A stretch of 63,162 nucleotides of DNA, the filler included, from Octopus bimaculoides (lineage: Eukaryota): NCBI RefSeq assembly GCF_001194135.2. It is 4 parts of 4 records of this genome, joined end to end, with 100 filler letters (N's around TTAATTAATTAA, not from the genome) between each part and the next. Parts side by side here need not be neighbours in the genome. Positions count along the whole stretch, not along the records: positions 1 to 11,706 come from NC_068982.1; positions 11,807 to 23,110 come from NC_068991.1; 2 more parts are not named here. The stretch is one strand, 5' to 3'. The notes under the pieces were generated by a model. It saw only the letters and a program-made list of their open reading frames with translations. It ran no database searches and was not told the DNA's origin. Each line of letters begins with the position of its first letter. Position 1 is the first letter of the stretch. This document shows positions 1 through 13,484 of this stretch, in pieces. A program made the position numbers and the translations under genes.

Positions 1-226
1 ATATGTGTATATATATATATATACAGATATATATATATATATACATACATATATATATACATGCATATGTATACATATATAAATATTTATATATACATAT
101 GTATGAATATATATATATATATACATACATATATATACACACATATACATATATACATGTATATACATATGTATATATATACATATATGCAGACATGTAT
201 ATATATAGTGTATATATATTTACAGG

Positions 227-258
<32 letters not shown>

Positions 259-450
259 GTGTATATATATATATACATGTATGTATATATATATATATAT
301 ATACACATGCATATAAATATAGAAGTATATAAATATATACATGTATATAATTATACATCCATATAAATATATATGTATATATATACATGTATATATATAT
401 GTGTATATACAACAACAATAACAACAATAACAACAACAGCAATAACTATT
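1..450. repeat. Compound (TA)/(TG)/(TACA) low-complexity tract followed by a short (CAA)n tract
   Basis: Direct reading. The ORFs at 3-332, 61-366 and 87-308 are Y/I/H/M microsatellite translations. Confidence 0.95.
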
Positions 451-1123
451 AAGGTGGATAGACGCAATTCAAAACCAAAATGGAAATAATTCACTGTTAC
501 TGAAATGTGACGAAGGGTGAGGGGAATCACCAGCATCGCTAGAAATAAAAGTCACAGAAGAATTTTTAGCTACAAAAGCACGTTTTTTTTATTTACTGAC
601 AGGGGAGACAACTTCTCATCGCGAGTGAGAGGCCAGTTTCGCATGAAATTTAATGCTCATCAGAAATGCTTACTCCATTGCGGGAATGAAATCAATGACT
701 TTACTACTGAGCCAAGACGAAATACAAGGAAGCTGGTACTTGCTCAAAAGATAGTTGACCCACATGACAAAAGTTTGGCAACAACCGGAATTAAATAACA
801 TATAGAACAATTTACTTTGAATAATAGTCAAAGTTATATGTTTAAAGTTTGACATAAAAAAGAAGTTAGGAACGGAAAGAGAAAAAGGAGGGAACAGATT
901 GGAAATTATCACCGGAATCTCATAAATACACTGACGATATATTTTTAACTGATATAAGAACTGTGCCGATGAATAGGTCGCAGAACTGCGACAAAAATTT
1001 TGACGCGGCACTGAGATGCTGTAAGATGTAACTGAAAATAAATATTACAGCTTTCCGGTGTGTTCTTAAATGACTAAAGTAACTATTCAACAATGTAAAT
1101 TTATATATACGTATGTACACACA

Positions 1124-1163
<40 letters not shown>

Positions 1164-1886
1164 NNNNNNNNNNNNNNNNNNNNNNNNNNNNNNNNNNNNN
1201 NNNNNNNNNNNNNNNNNNNNNNNNNNNNNNNNNNNNNNNNNNNNNNNNNNNNNNNNNNNNNNNNNNNNNNNNNNNNNNNNNNNNNNNNNNNNNNNNNNNN
1301 NNNNNNNNNNNNNNNNNNNNNNNNNNNNNNNNNNNNNNNNNNNNNNNNNNNNNNNNNNNNNNNNNNNNNNNNNNNNNNNNNNNNNNNNNNNNNNNNNNNN
1401 NNNNNNNNNNNNNNNNNNNNNNNNNNNNNNNNNNNNNNNNNNNNNNNNNNNNNNNNNNNNNNNNNNNNNNNNNNNNNNNNNNNNNNNNNNNNNNNNNNNN
1501 NNNNNNNNNNNNNNNNNNNNNNNNNNNNNNNNNNNNNNNNNNNNNNNNNNNNNNNNNNNNNNNNNNNNNNNNNNNNNNNNNNNNNNNNNNNNNNNNNNNN
1601 NNNNNNNNNNNNNNNNNNNNNNNNGTCACTTGTCTTGTCCGTATACGTTTTGTTACTTCGCTGAATTTCCTTTGAGAACAATTCGGTCTTAGTAGACACA
1701 TTGCATGTGATCTTCTTCTAGCACATTAACAGTCCCCCTAGTGGTCTCCTTTATATATACATATACAATAATCCTTTGAGATCTCAGATATTTTTTCTGA
1801 ATCTCCTTGATTCTTTTAATGTGTTTGTTTCCTGGTATTAAATTGATATTAATTAATATCCAATTTTTTACCCTACTGTTTTAATT

Positions 1887-1917
<31 letters not shown>

Positions 1918-4201
1918 CTGTGTGTGTGTGTGTCTGTGAGTCTGTGTGTATGTATGTATGTATAATAAAAATTAAAAAATACACATTAAGTACAGGACAT
2001 CGCCAACTTGCGAATACTACGTAAACACACAACGAAAGACAAGGACGGGATAAAATACCAAAAGAAGTTTAACACATCCTCAGTTTCCAACTGTTTATTA
2101 CTACCTGTTTCGTGCTTTTAACGACAAGACAAGAAAACTTCATAAGACAGCAGCATCCAGAAATTTTAAAAATATAAGATTTGTGGAGAGTTAGGGTTTC
2201 GAACGAACAAACGAACCCAGAGTGGACATACGGAAACGATCGACGAAGACAGACGTTAAGGGCTGTAGACCAAGACGAATTGTAATAGGTAACGCCTGGG
2301 AGAAATTTCAAAAGGATGCAGCACAAATAGAAGAGAACAAAAATAAAAGACATCCAAAGGCGAGAGAAATGACGTTCGGCTAGCTAACGGCCCATCCAGA
2401 AAACACAGAGAGGGGCGAGAAAATGGTCTATAGTCAGGTGTGAGCAACAGGCAGAGGGGAAGTGGACAACAGAGAAGATGAAGGAAAGAAATGAAGAGAG
2501 TGAGGAGGTGGGAGAAAGAAAGAAAGATAGAGTGTGAAAGAAAGTCAGACGGGGAACAGTAAGGAAGGTGTGGGATAAAAAGAAATATAGGGGATTATAG
2601 AGGGATAAATATAGAGAAAAAACACGGCAGAGAACAGAGTCACAGAAATCATATCTATAATACATTAAAAGTCACCTTGAATCTTGCTTACTTGCAATGT
2701 TATCCAGCCAAACTGGTGCATAATGGGAAAATGCTATGAATAACGTTTCCCCTGAAATGGAAATATGCGGAGATATTAAGAGTTTTCGGGGTATAAATAC
2801 CCAATACGGTGCATAATGGGAAAAATATTCCGAAAACAAAATATTCCTGAAAGAGACACAGTGACCTGACAACGTAAAAATACGGTTTTTTTTTTTTACA
2901 GCAAATGTTTCTATTTTAGCTTTTCGTTAAACACAATATTTTAATCATTTAGAAATGCTTTTAAGTGAATGTGATTTCAAAAATGTAAGTTGTTTGTATT
3001 GTAACTATTTATATTCTAGCTTTCTTTAAAGAGACAGTATTTTAATGTTTTTTTAATTATTTTCAAGTGAATACCATTACAAAAAAATTTTTTTGGCATA
3101 TTTAAAAGATATTTTAAAACTACAGTAAATATTTCGTAAAATAGCCGTTCGTAACCTCAGTGTGAAATAATTTTGCTCCATACGTTTTTTTAGAGTGCAT
3201 TCAACGTATCACACCTCCATAGATCTGGCTGCTATTTCTAGCATGCCCTGCTACACAGTGACAGCTATTTGCGATAAAGGACCCGAAATACCTGCTACGT
3301 GGTAGCGTGCAAGAAATAGCAGCCAAATCTTTCCTTCTCTGGGGAAAGGAGCAGTTTACGCGTGATTTCGATGCCACATTCGTTGAAAGCATGCGAAATA
3401 ACCTGGAAAAGAAAAAAATACCAACGAAATAAAACTTCGTTTCTGGGAAACTCAGATTTTCCCGGTGATTCATTGGGTCACGGGCAGTCTAGTATAAATG
3501 TAAAAACATTGTTGACAAAGGCTGCGTGGTGTTGAATTATTAAATAAAAATAAAAGAATACGCATTAAGTACAGGACATCAGCTAGCAAAATATTTGTAA
3601 ACAGACAACANNNNNNNNNNNNNNNNNNNNNNNNNNNNNNNNNNNNNNNNNNNNNNNNNNNNNNNNNNNNNNNNNNNNNNNNNNNNNNNNNNNNNNNNNN
3701 NNNNNNNNNNNNNNNNNNNNNNNNNNNNNNNNNNNNNNNNNNNNNNNNNNNNNNNNNNNNNNNNNNNNNNNNNNNNNNNNNNNNNNNNNNNNNNNNNNNN
3801 NNNNNNNNNNNNNNNNNNNNNNNNNNNNNNNNNNNNNNNNNNNNNNNNNNNNNNNNNNNNNNNNNNNNNNNNNNNNNNNNNNNNNNNNNNNNNNNNNNNN
3901 NNNNNNNNNNNNNNNNNNNNNNNNNNNNNNNNNNNNNNNNNNNNNNNNNNNNNNNNNNNNNNNNNNNNNNNNNNNNNNNNNNNNNNNNNNNNNNNNNNNN
4001 NNNNNNNNNNNNNNNNNNNNNNNNNNNNNNNNNNNNNNNNNNNNNNNNNNNNNNNNNNNNNNNNNNNNNNNNNNNNNNNNNNNNNNNNNNNNNNNNNNNN
4101 NNNNNNNNNNNNNNNNNNNNNNNNNNNNNNNNNNNNNNNNNNNNNNNNNNNNNNNNNNNNNNNNNNNNNNNNNNNNNNNNNNNNNNNNNNNNNNNNNNNN
4201 N

Positions 4202-4277
<76 letters not shown>

Positions 4278-4772
4278 TGTATGTATGTATGCATCATACA
4301 TATGTATACAAGAATATGTATGTGTAAGGTGTATGCATGTGTCTGTGAGAAACTATGCAGAACATAACATTCTTTGCATATGTCTCTCTAAGAGTACTTC
4401 AGGGTGTATAAAATAGGTGTACAAGTGTATCAAGGTAAATTGCGATGGTTGTAAGATAAGACATTTTATATAAACAAGAACATCTGCAACTCAATCACAG
4501 TAAGTGTATATAAAGATATGCGCGTGAATGTACGTATATGAATATACGATGTGTATACATATGTGTGGTATGTATCCATGTATGTATATAGGTATATATA
4601 CATTTATACATACATATCTATCTCCACAAACACACACATACACACACACGCATATAATCTTACGTGTGTTATCCATACAATCTGCATACACGTATCTGCA
4701 CATATTTACATAGTTATGAGAGTGTGTATAGGATTGTTGGTATGTAAGAAGCACAGCTTGGTGTGTGGTGCA

Positions 4773-4813
<41 letters not shown>

Positions 4814-5789
4814 CATACTAGTGCACACACACACACGTGCCTGAGTGTTTGTGATGAATATAAACATATATGCATACGCTCACACATGCGCGCGCACACA
4901 CACGCGCATACTCTCTCTCTCTCTCATGCACACACATACACACATGCGCGCGCGCACACACACATCTGTTATAAAGTTAGGTAGAAGAAATGAAAGAATC
5001 GTTCCTTAAGTACAAAATGTCTTCAAATTATCTAAGAAAATGAAATAAAATAAAGTATAATTAAGTAGAATATTTACGTTATTTTGTTTAGGAATTTTTC
5101 ATCTGACGCTTGAGAATGCGTGTCCCTATACCGAAGGGAAGAAGTTCAATATTCTTTATACACAGAAAAGTAGGTTCATGTATACACACTACACTCACAC
5201 TCGCACACATACAAAAAACACGTGTACACATAGTATATGTATTTATTTATGTATGTGTGTATATGTCTATATGTGTTTGTTATTTTTTTGAGATAATTTG
5301 TTTCCTTTGCAGTCCAGTCACTAACAAAGTGACAAAGCTCTTTTGTTGAAATTAAGACAGCTGTTGGAGTCTATGGATCTGTGAATTACTGCTTTTGTGT
5401 GTGTATGTGTGCTTGCATTTGTGTGTATGTGTGTGTGTGCGTGTGTGTGCTTATGTGTACATGTGTGTGTGTGTTGATAAACTTTTATTATGCATTGTTT
5501 GTGTGTCACCTGTCACTTTAATATGCTAGTTTGTAGGTTTCATGTTTATGTACAGTGATTGTATGTGTATTCCATATGTATACGCGTTTGTGTGCAATGT
5601 GTTCGACCCAGGAATCTCTTTTAACGAATAACCGAAATGCCTTGCAAATTTTCACTGTGCCTCTAATCGATTGTGCTAAAGCGTATTGAATCAATTTGCA
5701 TGTTTTGGTTTTGGAGAACCTTATTTTTACGTTTTTATGCAAATCTCTTGTTACGTTAAACATTGCACTAATTATAACAGGTACAAATA

Positions 5790-7800
5790 AAAACCTCTAG
5801 CCTGGATATAAATGATGCAAGTTTTTCATCACTTCTCCCTGGATGTTGTTTTTCTCAATTGTTCCTAGTTCACTTGGAAGCTGTTCTCTACAACTGGGCA
5901 TGGCTTTTGCTCCTTGCCCCATACAGTAACGCCTGCTCTCTTGTACTTATGCCGGTTTGCTGTCTTTATTCGAATGTTTCAACGGTATTCTTGTAAGTTA
6001 TGGATACATTCTGATTCTAGTGTATCTTTGGTATTACCATCGGGACATTCGTTTCTGCAAGCAGCATTGTGAATCATTTTAGCAGCAGTCATGTCTCAAG
6101 AGAAGGTAGTTTCACTCGAACATTTTTGGATAACCGCTGCTGATGATGTAGATAGTATCTTCCATAGTGAAAAACGGTCCAGTCGACACTTTTAGTCACA
6201 ACGTGGAAGTCTAAAGGCATTCTTATCTCCCTTCTTAACCAGGAATTTAATAGCTATATCTTGTTCCAAGATAACAAAGACATAGTCTTCCAAATTAAAT
6301 GTGACGTATCTATGACAGGATTCCTAATGATGCTAATGGCATTCTCTAATTTGCGGGACATGTACCCACATATAACTTTCCGATGAATATACACCTGATG
6401 TACTCATTTCTCTCTTTGCTGTTTAGCAAATTTTATGTAAGTGACACGACACAACGCTCGAATGCTATCTATCATAAACTGCTCTTATATTTCTACCTCC
6501 ATCCCTCCATTCAACATAGATCCTTGCAGTGTCACTGTTGACATAGAAATTAACAGTCATTGTTAGTATCTTTTAAGACCTGATGTCCAAGTTTCAAATT
6601 TCTTCCAGTGTCGAGTATGATATTCCAAATGTTGGAACTAGCACTGGCACTGCTAAAGTATTGTGGGATTTAGTTTAAGTGAATGCAGACATCTCTGACT
6701 TTCATATCTGCCGAAGTCTGCTGAAGTATACTTTTCTCACTCTATATTTACTCACCTCACCAACTTATACAATATTTCTCGACGACACCAAGTTATTTGT
6801 AACATTCATCACAGGTAGTAGGGGTGTTATACAGACCATTTGTATCGATATTCCTTGTCTGGTCGGCAATCTTCCCTCGAACCTTATCCTGATTAAATTC
6901 TATTTCTATGTCCCATGAGAATGTTGTGATTAATTTTAGCTGTCTCTTGACATCTTGGATATTACTCCAGAACAGATTAAGGCGATGAACAAAAGAGGAG
7001 TGGAGAGAATTAATCTTTGTTTCATTTGCAAGCCCTACCATGTAGCCATTGTATTTTGTTAACAGGGTTGACAAGGGGTTTACTGCTAGGATGAAAAGCA
7101 TTACAGATAAGTTTTCACCCTGAAACACTCCTGTCGACGCTCTAATTCTCTCAGCTTTAGTTCGTAATGATAATTCGGTGGACCATGTTGTTGTCAGCCT
7201 CTTGGTGGCTATTTGAACCTTAGCAAAGTTCTATTATGCATGAGTGAGGAACAGTCAAACGCCTTTTCAAATACAACCGGTAGACTCCAGTGTCGTTGCT
7301 TCGCTTCATTAAGTCAGTTTTATTGATGAGGTGCTGTTCGACACAGCTTAAACTCCTTTCTTTCCTCCTGCCTACTCATCAATCACCACATTGTATGCTT
7401 GGTCGGGACCCTAAAAGAATTAATTCAAGCAACCTGTGTATAGCTTAATATAACAATTTACGAGGCTGTAGTTTTTGGCCACATATGTCTGCAGGGTTTT
7501 CGCTCCTTGTGGTGTCCCTATAGCTAACGCCTAGTTTGACCGTTCATTGTTCTTTAGAGCGAGTTATTAAGGGCTTCCCTGTAGAAGGTGACATTCTCGG
7601 ACTAATAACCTATTATCACATCTCGCCCAGGTAATTTTCCGTTCGATCGATTTGCAACAACAGTCAGAAGAGTCTCACTTTTGATATCGTAAGGTTTGGG
7701 AGAGCTTCTACAGTGCTCCTTTTGTAGCTTGTTGAATCATATTATCTCATGGTTTTGATGTTTGCTTACGCACCAAAATGACTCTAGAACGTTCTATCTG
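5790..7800 (-). mobile_element. Decayed R4/Dong-clade non-LTR retrotransposon (reverse transcriptase and thumb region)
   Basis: Minus-strand translation across stops and frameshifts gives ordered motifs: KLPGRDVIIGY, KNYS..CYIKLYTGCL, KAFD, FQGENLSVMLFILAVNPLSTLL (the GIFQGDSLSP motif), NTLAVPVLVPTFGI, and NSDTARIYVEWRDGGR (the SDVDRLYxxRxEGGRG motif). Ends are approximate. Confidence 0.85.
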
Positions 7801-7827
7801 GGATCGGATACATATAATACATACATA

Positions 7828-10561
7828 GGGGAGACTGGGTCTAGTTGTTACATTTTTTTCATTTTTCTCCTAGGCACTCACATAAATGAACACAGCTGAA
7901 GTTTCTTTTCAGATTTAATAAGTAAAACCTCTATTTATTGTTATCAACAGCAAAAAACAGAAATTACATAACATTAATTAGACAGGTTCTAATTAATAAA
8001 GTGATGTCAGCTGCACCAATTTTCCCCGAGTGCGTGTACGTTGTGACACTTACTGGGGTACTTTGTTACAACTGTCGATAACTCGGAATTATGTTAACAA
8101 ACAAGCTTAAAATGAATAGATCTCCTGCTTCTTGCATCTAGGGAGTATTATTTTGATTAATTAACTGTGCTTTGAACCACCTCATATCCTAACTGTGATA
8201 CTAAGAGTCCTCATCAGGCAATTTCCCCATTGTTACATGTGCCATCTATTTGGAATCGTCCTCCATTAACACCACAACAGATCACACAGAAAGTCCTGTC
8301 GTCTATCGGTACAGTAAGTGCGTGCCCATTCTTTAAGATCATGCATTGCACCCATTCTTCACCTGGAAGGGAGTTCGAATACCAATCTGAGCAGACAAGG
8401 CATTTCCAATCGGCGATTTGCTTGCTGCGAGGCTGCTTCTCTTTGCCTTTATCTGTTTTAATTGACTTTCTCTTCCCATTTGTTGCCTTTTCTGTACCAG
8501 TTGTCCTCTTTGGTTTGGATTTCCGTTCGTTTATTTCATCCGCTATGCGCTCTTTTATGGGGGCTAGGGTTAGAATGGCTGTTTGGCACCTCTTGCGACT
8601 TCCACGACCTCGACCTGTCTTCCTGGGGGAAGCCTTCCTTAATGGGCGCAACATCTCTGGGCTTGTAACAATACCAGCAGGAAAACTTGGGCCTGGTGTA
8701 GGTTGGTCTGTCGGGCCGTCTTGCAAGTTAGGCTGTTTACCTGGCTGCATGCCTGGCTGCACGTCAGGATGGTCTTCTGGCTGCACCTCAGACTGGTCTT
8801 CAGCTTGTTTTGGAGCAGGGCGGTCCGTGACGTAACTTGGGAGGAATTCGTCATCACCAAAGACATCCTTGTTAAAGGGCCAGATGTCACTGAACTTGTA
8901 ATCCTTTCTGGATGTCGGCTGGTGTTCCGGGATGACGTAAATAGTCACCGTTTTACCTGGGTGCGTTTTCATCCATCCATTACATGCTCTATTCCGTACT
9001 CCTTAAGAGGACCATAGGCACTCCAATCGAGTGACTGTAGCTTATGTGAACAGTGTGGGGGGAATGATAGCAACACAATATCAGTGTCTCGGCAGAAATC
9101 AATGATAGCCAATGAAATATGGGAGTTGTGGTTGTCAAGTAGCAACAAGACAGGATGCTCTTTGCTGCAACGAGTGTGCTTCACCAAATGTTTCAGAAAT
9201 TTAAGAAAATCTGCCTGCTTCATCCATCCACTAGGATTTGCTGATCCACAGCTGGCCCATTAGCAATAAAGTATTCACGGAACTCTAGGGAAGACTATCA
9301 TTGGTGGTGTTGCATAACCGCTGACATTAACTTCAAGGCAGACTGTCACCAGGGTCCCTCTCTCAGCGGAAGTCATCGCTCCTACTTGTTTCACTCTTTT
9401 CTCTACCGCAATTCGATCTGGTCGTTGCACTGTTGTGACACCCGTCTCATCACAGTTGTAGATGTCATGGTCTTCAAACTTGTAGCGATCAAGCATCTCT
9501 GTCAGATTATCGAAAATCTTGTCCACGTTAGTTCGATTGAAGTGTGTTGCCTTACTCAGACTTGTGGCTTCTGGGGTTCGGATGGAGAGGCTGGAATTCC
9601 GCTTCATAAACTCTGAGAATCAATCAACACCAGCGCATTCATTGGCAGACCAGGAATCTGGACAATTGATTTCATTGGCCTTCGCATAGTCGTAAGCAAG
9701 GCATCGAATGTCAGAAGGAGTCAGACCATGGTAAATTTTAGCAGCTTTAGGATATAGGCCACAAGCAAGTCTTCTTGCTCCTTGGTAAAAACTGCACGCG
9801 GAGAAGCATATCCAACAGTGGCTATTTCCCCTCTGTCCTTAGTTTCTTGCAGTATCTCTGCAGCGTCATGAAATTCAATTGAAAATATAAAGGAGTTGGA
9901 GGTTTCTTTTTGGTACAGCTGACGTTCTGTTAACATCTTAAAAGATTAGTGTAAGGGATACCGGTAACTTCATATCTAATGAGCCTGAAACCTACCTCGA
10001 AATCTTTGGCAACACCCCGAAATGTTTTCTTTTCATCCACAACTTTTCTGGCGGCTCTTTCCATAACATCAGGTGGGGTATCCTCCCTTGTAGTCTTCCT
10101 TTTGTAATTGCTAAGCATGACGTGTTAAACTGAAATAGAAGGGGTAAGTTATTTCATGCCTGGGGTAAGTTGATACACTATAACAATTAGCCTCGACAAT
10201 GGATTTCTGGGGATTACCTCGTACACAGCACTAGAAATACATGGCATCCAGGACACACCTTCATGTATCGAAGGCAACTTCCAACACTTCCTAATAAGCC
10301 ACAAACTACTTCAGTAACAATACTTGAGCTTTAGTAGTTAAGAAAATAACTTTGTGGCAAAATTTCACTTTTGGAGTAAAAAATCGTTTTTTGGGCCATA
10401 ACATTTCTGGTAACAGCTCACCGGTGCAATACACATGTGCAGTCATGATGCTATGCAGTTGGCATTCACAAGGTAGGGACCCGAGTGCCACTTATTTTTT
10501 GAAATTGGAAACAATGGGATTGTAATAACTTACCCGTGTAACAACTAGACCCGGTCTGCCC
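7828..10561 (-). mobile_element. Full-length pogo/Tigger-like DNA transposon (decayed)
   Basis: 25-bp TIRs: GGGGAGACTGGGTCTAGTTGTTACA at 7828-7852 and its reverse complement at 10537-10561 with 2 mismatches. TA at 7826-7827 and 10562-10563. Contains a transposase remnant. Confidence 0.95.
8214..10118 (-). pseudogene. pogo-like DDE transposase pseudogene: N-terminal HTH, CENP-B-like HTH, DDE_1 domain, C-terminal PHD-like finger
   Basis: Fragments in order: MLSNYKRKT..MERAARKVVDEKKTFRGVAKDF; VFTKEQEDLLVAYI; SIRTPEATSLSKATHFN..IYNCDETGV..TSAERGTLVTVC..PPMIVFPR; LLLLDNHNSH..LSFPPHCSHKLQSLD; CLVCSDWYSNSLPGEEWVQC. Several frameshifts and stops. Confidence 0.92.
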
Positions 10562-10644
10562 TACATACATAAATACATGAATGTATGTACATATTTATGT
10601 ATGTATGTATGTATGTATGTATGTATGTATGTATGTATGTATGT

Positions 10645-10706
<62 letters not shown>

Positions 10707-10736
10707 GGATGGATAAATAGATAGATGGATGGATAA

Positions 10737-10810
<74 letters not shown>
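10562..10810. repeat. (TACA)/(TATG)n followed by a (GATA)n tetranucleotide microsatellite
   Basis: Direct reading. Confidence 0.95.
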
Positions 10811-10811
<1 letters not shown>

Positions 10812-11706
10812 TAGAATAGATATATAACTGAGAATGTGTGTCTGTCTGTATGTGTGCATCACTAAAACTCAAGAACTACCTAACCGATTTCATTCAAATT
10901 TTACCCATGCCTTACTTAGTGTTCATGCAATATCATGGGCCAGAAACCTTTTCAACTTCTTGCCCAATCTCTTATCTTTGACAGTTTCAGTATTACATGC
11001 CAACAGTAAAACAATAACATCTCTATTGTAATGTGAGATAATACTTTCAGTTTTAATACTTTCACTATTAATACTGAAGCTATTATCTCACACACACACA
11101 CAAACGCACACACACACACACACACACGCACGCACACACACACATATATCATGCATATATATATTATATATATATATAAGTATATATATATATATATGCG
11201 TGTATATATGTGTATATACATCACATATATATGAATGTATATACATATGTAAATATGTATATGTATATGTATACATGTATATATATATACATGCATATGT
11301 ATAGATGTATATATATATATATGTGTATAAGTATATATATGCATTTATATATATATATGGATTTATATGTATATAGATATATACGTATATATATATATAT
11401 ATATATATGCGAGTAAAAATAAATACAAAAAAAGGTGGATTTTTTTGTATGATCGTGTATAGAGGAATATATTATTTTGCTTAAAAGAGTTCCAACACTG
11501 TCTGTTTTTTATGTTTTATTTATATTCCTGCAGAACTAATGTGGGGTATAGAATATGGAATATACAATATATAATATGATATACAATATACAATATAAAA
11601 TAAAATAAAATAAAAATGGATGGCACCATGAAAGAAAGTATTGAATGTAGATGAAATATTGAGTGTTCAATATAAAGGATCAAATATATAAATATATAAA
11701 TATAAA

Positions 11707-11806
11707 NNNNNNNNNNNNNNNNNNNNNNNNNNNNNNNNNNNNNNNNNNNNTTAATTAATTAANNNNNNNNNNNNNNNNNNNNNNNNNNNNNNNNNNNNNN
11801 NNNNNN
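11707..11806. other. Synthetic assembly gap marker: 44 N + TTAATTAATTAA + 44 N
   Basis: The identical 100-bp construct recurs at 23111-23210 and 48259-48358. The 12-mer places stops in all six frames. Not biological sequence. Confidence 0.9.
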
Positions 11807-11809
11807 ATA

Positions 11810-12700
11810 CAGAGGGTGTTTCAAAACATTTGATATCATTTCACAATCTAATAACTTTGCCGGTTCTTGTTCAAATGACTTCAAATTTTAACAGCATGTG
11901 TAGAAACAGCTCAAAATTTTATGTTTAATATTTGATACGTATATAAATTTCAAGTATAGAAATAGCATTCACTGGAAGAGGAAAGGCGTTTTGTGTGTTG
12001 GAGTATACTCGAACACAGTCGAACAGGACTGTACACCGTGTATTTGCGAGAGAGTGCTCTAAAAAGTAACCAACAGCAATACAGATTTGGACATGTCACA
12101 AAACTTTAAAGAGGAAGGTTGTCTGTGCAGAGCAAAAGGTTCTGTCGACCACTAACATCGGAAGAGACGGTCGAGTGGGTTGGCCAAAATCCCTTGCGAA
12201 GCCCCAAGAATTCCATGCGAAGAACAGGTCTGGAGACCCATATTGCTCCAATGACAGTTTGGCCGTCCTGAGGTAAAGCTTTCTAATGAAACCCTTCAAG
12301 CTTCAGGTCGTTCAGGACATAACGGCAGATGACAAGCGAAACCGCAAACATAGGGCTATGTGAAGGGCCTGGTCTATGTTCCCCCACTTTTCGTGCAAAC
12401 CTAGAAGAACTCGAGCAAAGAATTACTACCGAACTAGAGGCTCTCACCCACGACATGCCACAGCATGTTTAGAAGGAGCTGGACTACCGACTTGACGTGT
12501 GCCATGATTCAGTCGTTACGCATATTGAACATTTGTGAAATCGTTCATGGAATCCACATAACTTTGAATTTCTCATTCAAATTCGGAGGAATAAACATTA
12601 TGTTGCACAACATTAAGCCTGTTTAGTTTCATTTGCTTTGACTATGTTGTTTCTGTGATATTTACATCTCAAATTATATCAAATCTTTTGAAACACCCTG
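11810..12700 (+). mobile_element. Internally deleted Tc1/mariner element, rosa/Visitor (DD41D)-like with a DUF4817-type HTH
   Basis: TIRs CAG(AG)GGTGTTTCAAAACATTTGATATCATTT and AAATTATATCAAATCTTTTGAAACACCCTG, with TA on both sides (11808-11809, 12701-12702). N-terminus KAFCVLEYTRTQSNRTV..KEEGCLCRAKGS. C-terminus GYVKGLVYVPP..NLEELEQRI..KELDYRLDVC..HIEHL*. The catalytic core is absent, with the junction near 12352. Confidence 0.9.
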
Positions 12701-12811
12701 TATGCACACACAAACACACACACACACACACACATATGTATATACATACATATATANNNNNNNNNNNNNNNNNNNNNNNNNNNNNNNNNNNNNNNNNNNN
12801 NNNNNNNNNNN

Positions 12812-12906
<95 letters not shown>

Positions 12907-13440
12907 GTATATATAAGTACAATCATTGCAGGGAAAGAAAAGATTCATATAATAAATTTTATGTATGTATGTATGTAAATATGTATGTTTGTATGTATGT
13001 ATGTATGCGCATGTGTATGTTTATAATTGTTAACCTGTCATTACTTTACTAAAACCGATGTCATTCTCAGGAATCTGAACCTAATTCTTTGTCACTTTCT
13101 ATAGGATAGCCGAGATCTGAATACAATGAGTTTTCTTTCAAATTCCACAAGAAAGTAGAAAACACGGAAGTTTACAATTGTTTTCTTAATAGAACATTTA
13201 CACATCTGTTTTAATACATCTAAAGCACTAATACGAAATATGTTCGTAAACATTGATTTCCTGACGTAAATTTCCAAGCAACCTATTCGTACCAATAGTT
13301 GTATGTATAAATATTTTGACAGGCTTAGAATATCACATTTTATTTCCAATTTCCTTTCGGGAGAATACAAAATCATGATGGCATTTACTAGAGCATTTCT
13401 GCAAACGAACAATATATCGTAAATCATATACAAATATTCA

Positions 13441-13484
<44 letters not shown>

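Noticed and set aside
517-798. 93-aa ORF MRGITSIARNK...
   Set aside because: No recognisable domain. Another frame has a faint RTE-like RPV motif, too weak to call.
2365-2400. Hammerhead-like string on the minus strand, CTGGATGGGCC..GCCGAACGTC
   Set aside because: Both core boxes are broken and helix I is unconvincing. It may be an old Penelope remnant but is not supportable.
2715-2824. 17-bp direct repeat GGTGCATAATGGGAAAA spaced 93 bp apart
   Set aside because: Only two units and no cas genes in a eukaryotic window, so not CRISPR. Possibly a DNA-transposon subterminal repeat.
13290-13400. Possible minus-strand exon (TTTGCAG...G/GTACGA)
   Set aside because: One frame is open but the peptide is unrecognisable, and no partner exons were found.
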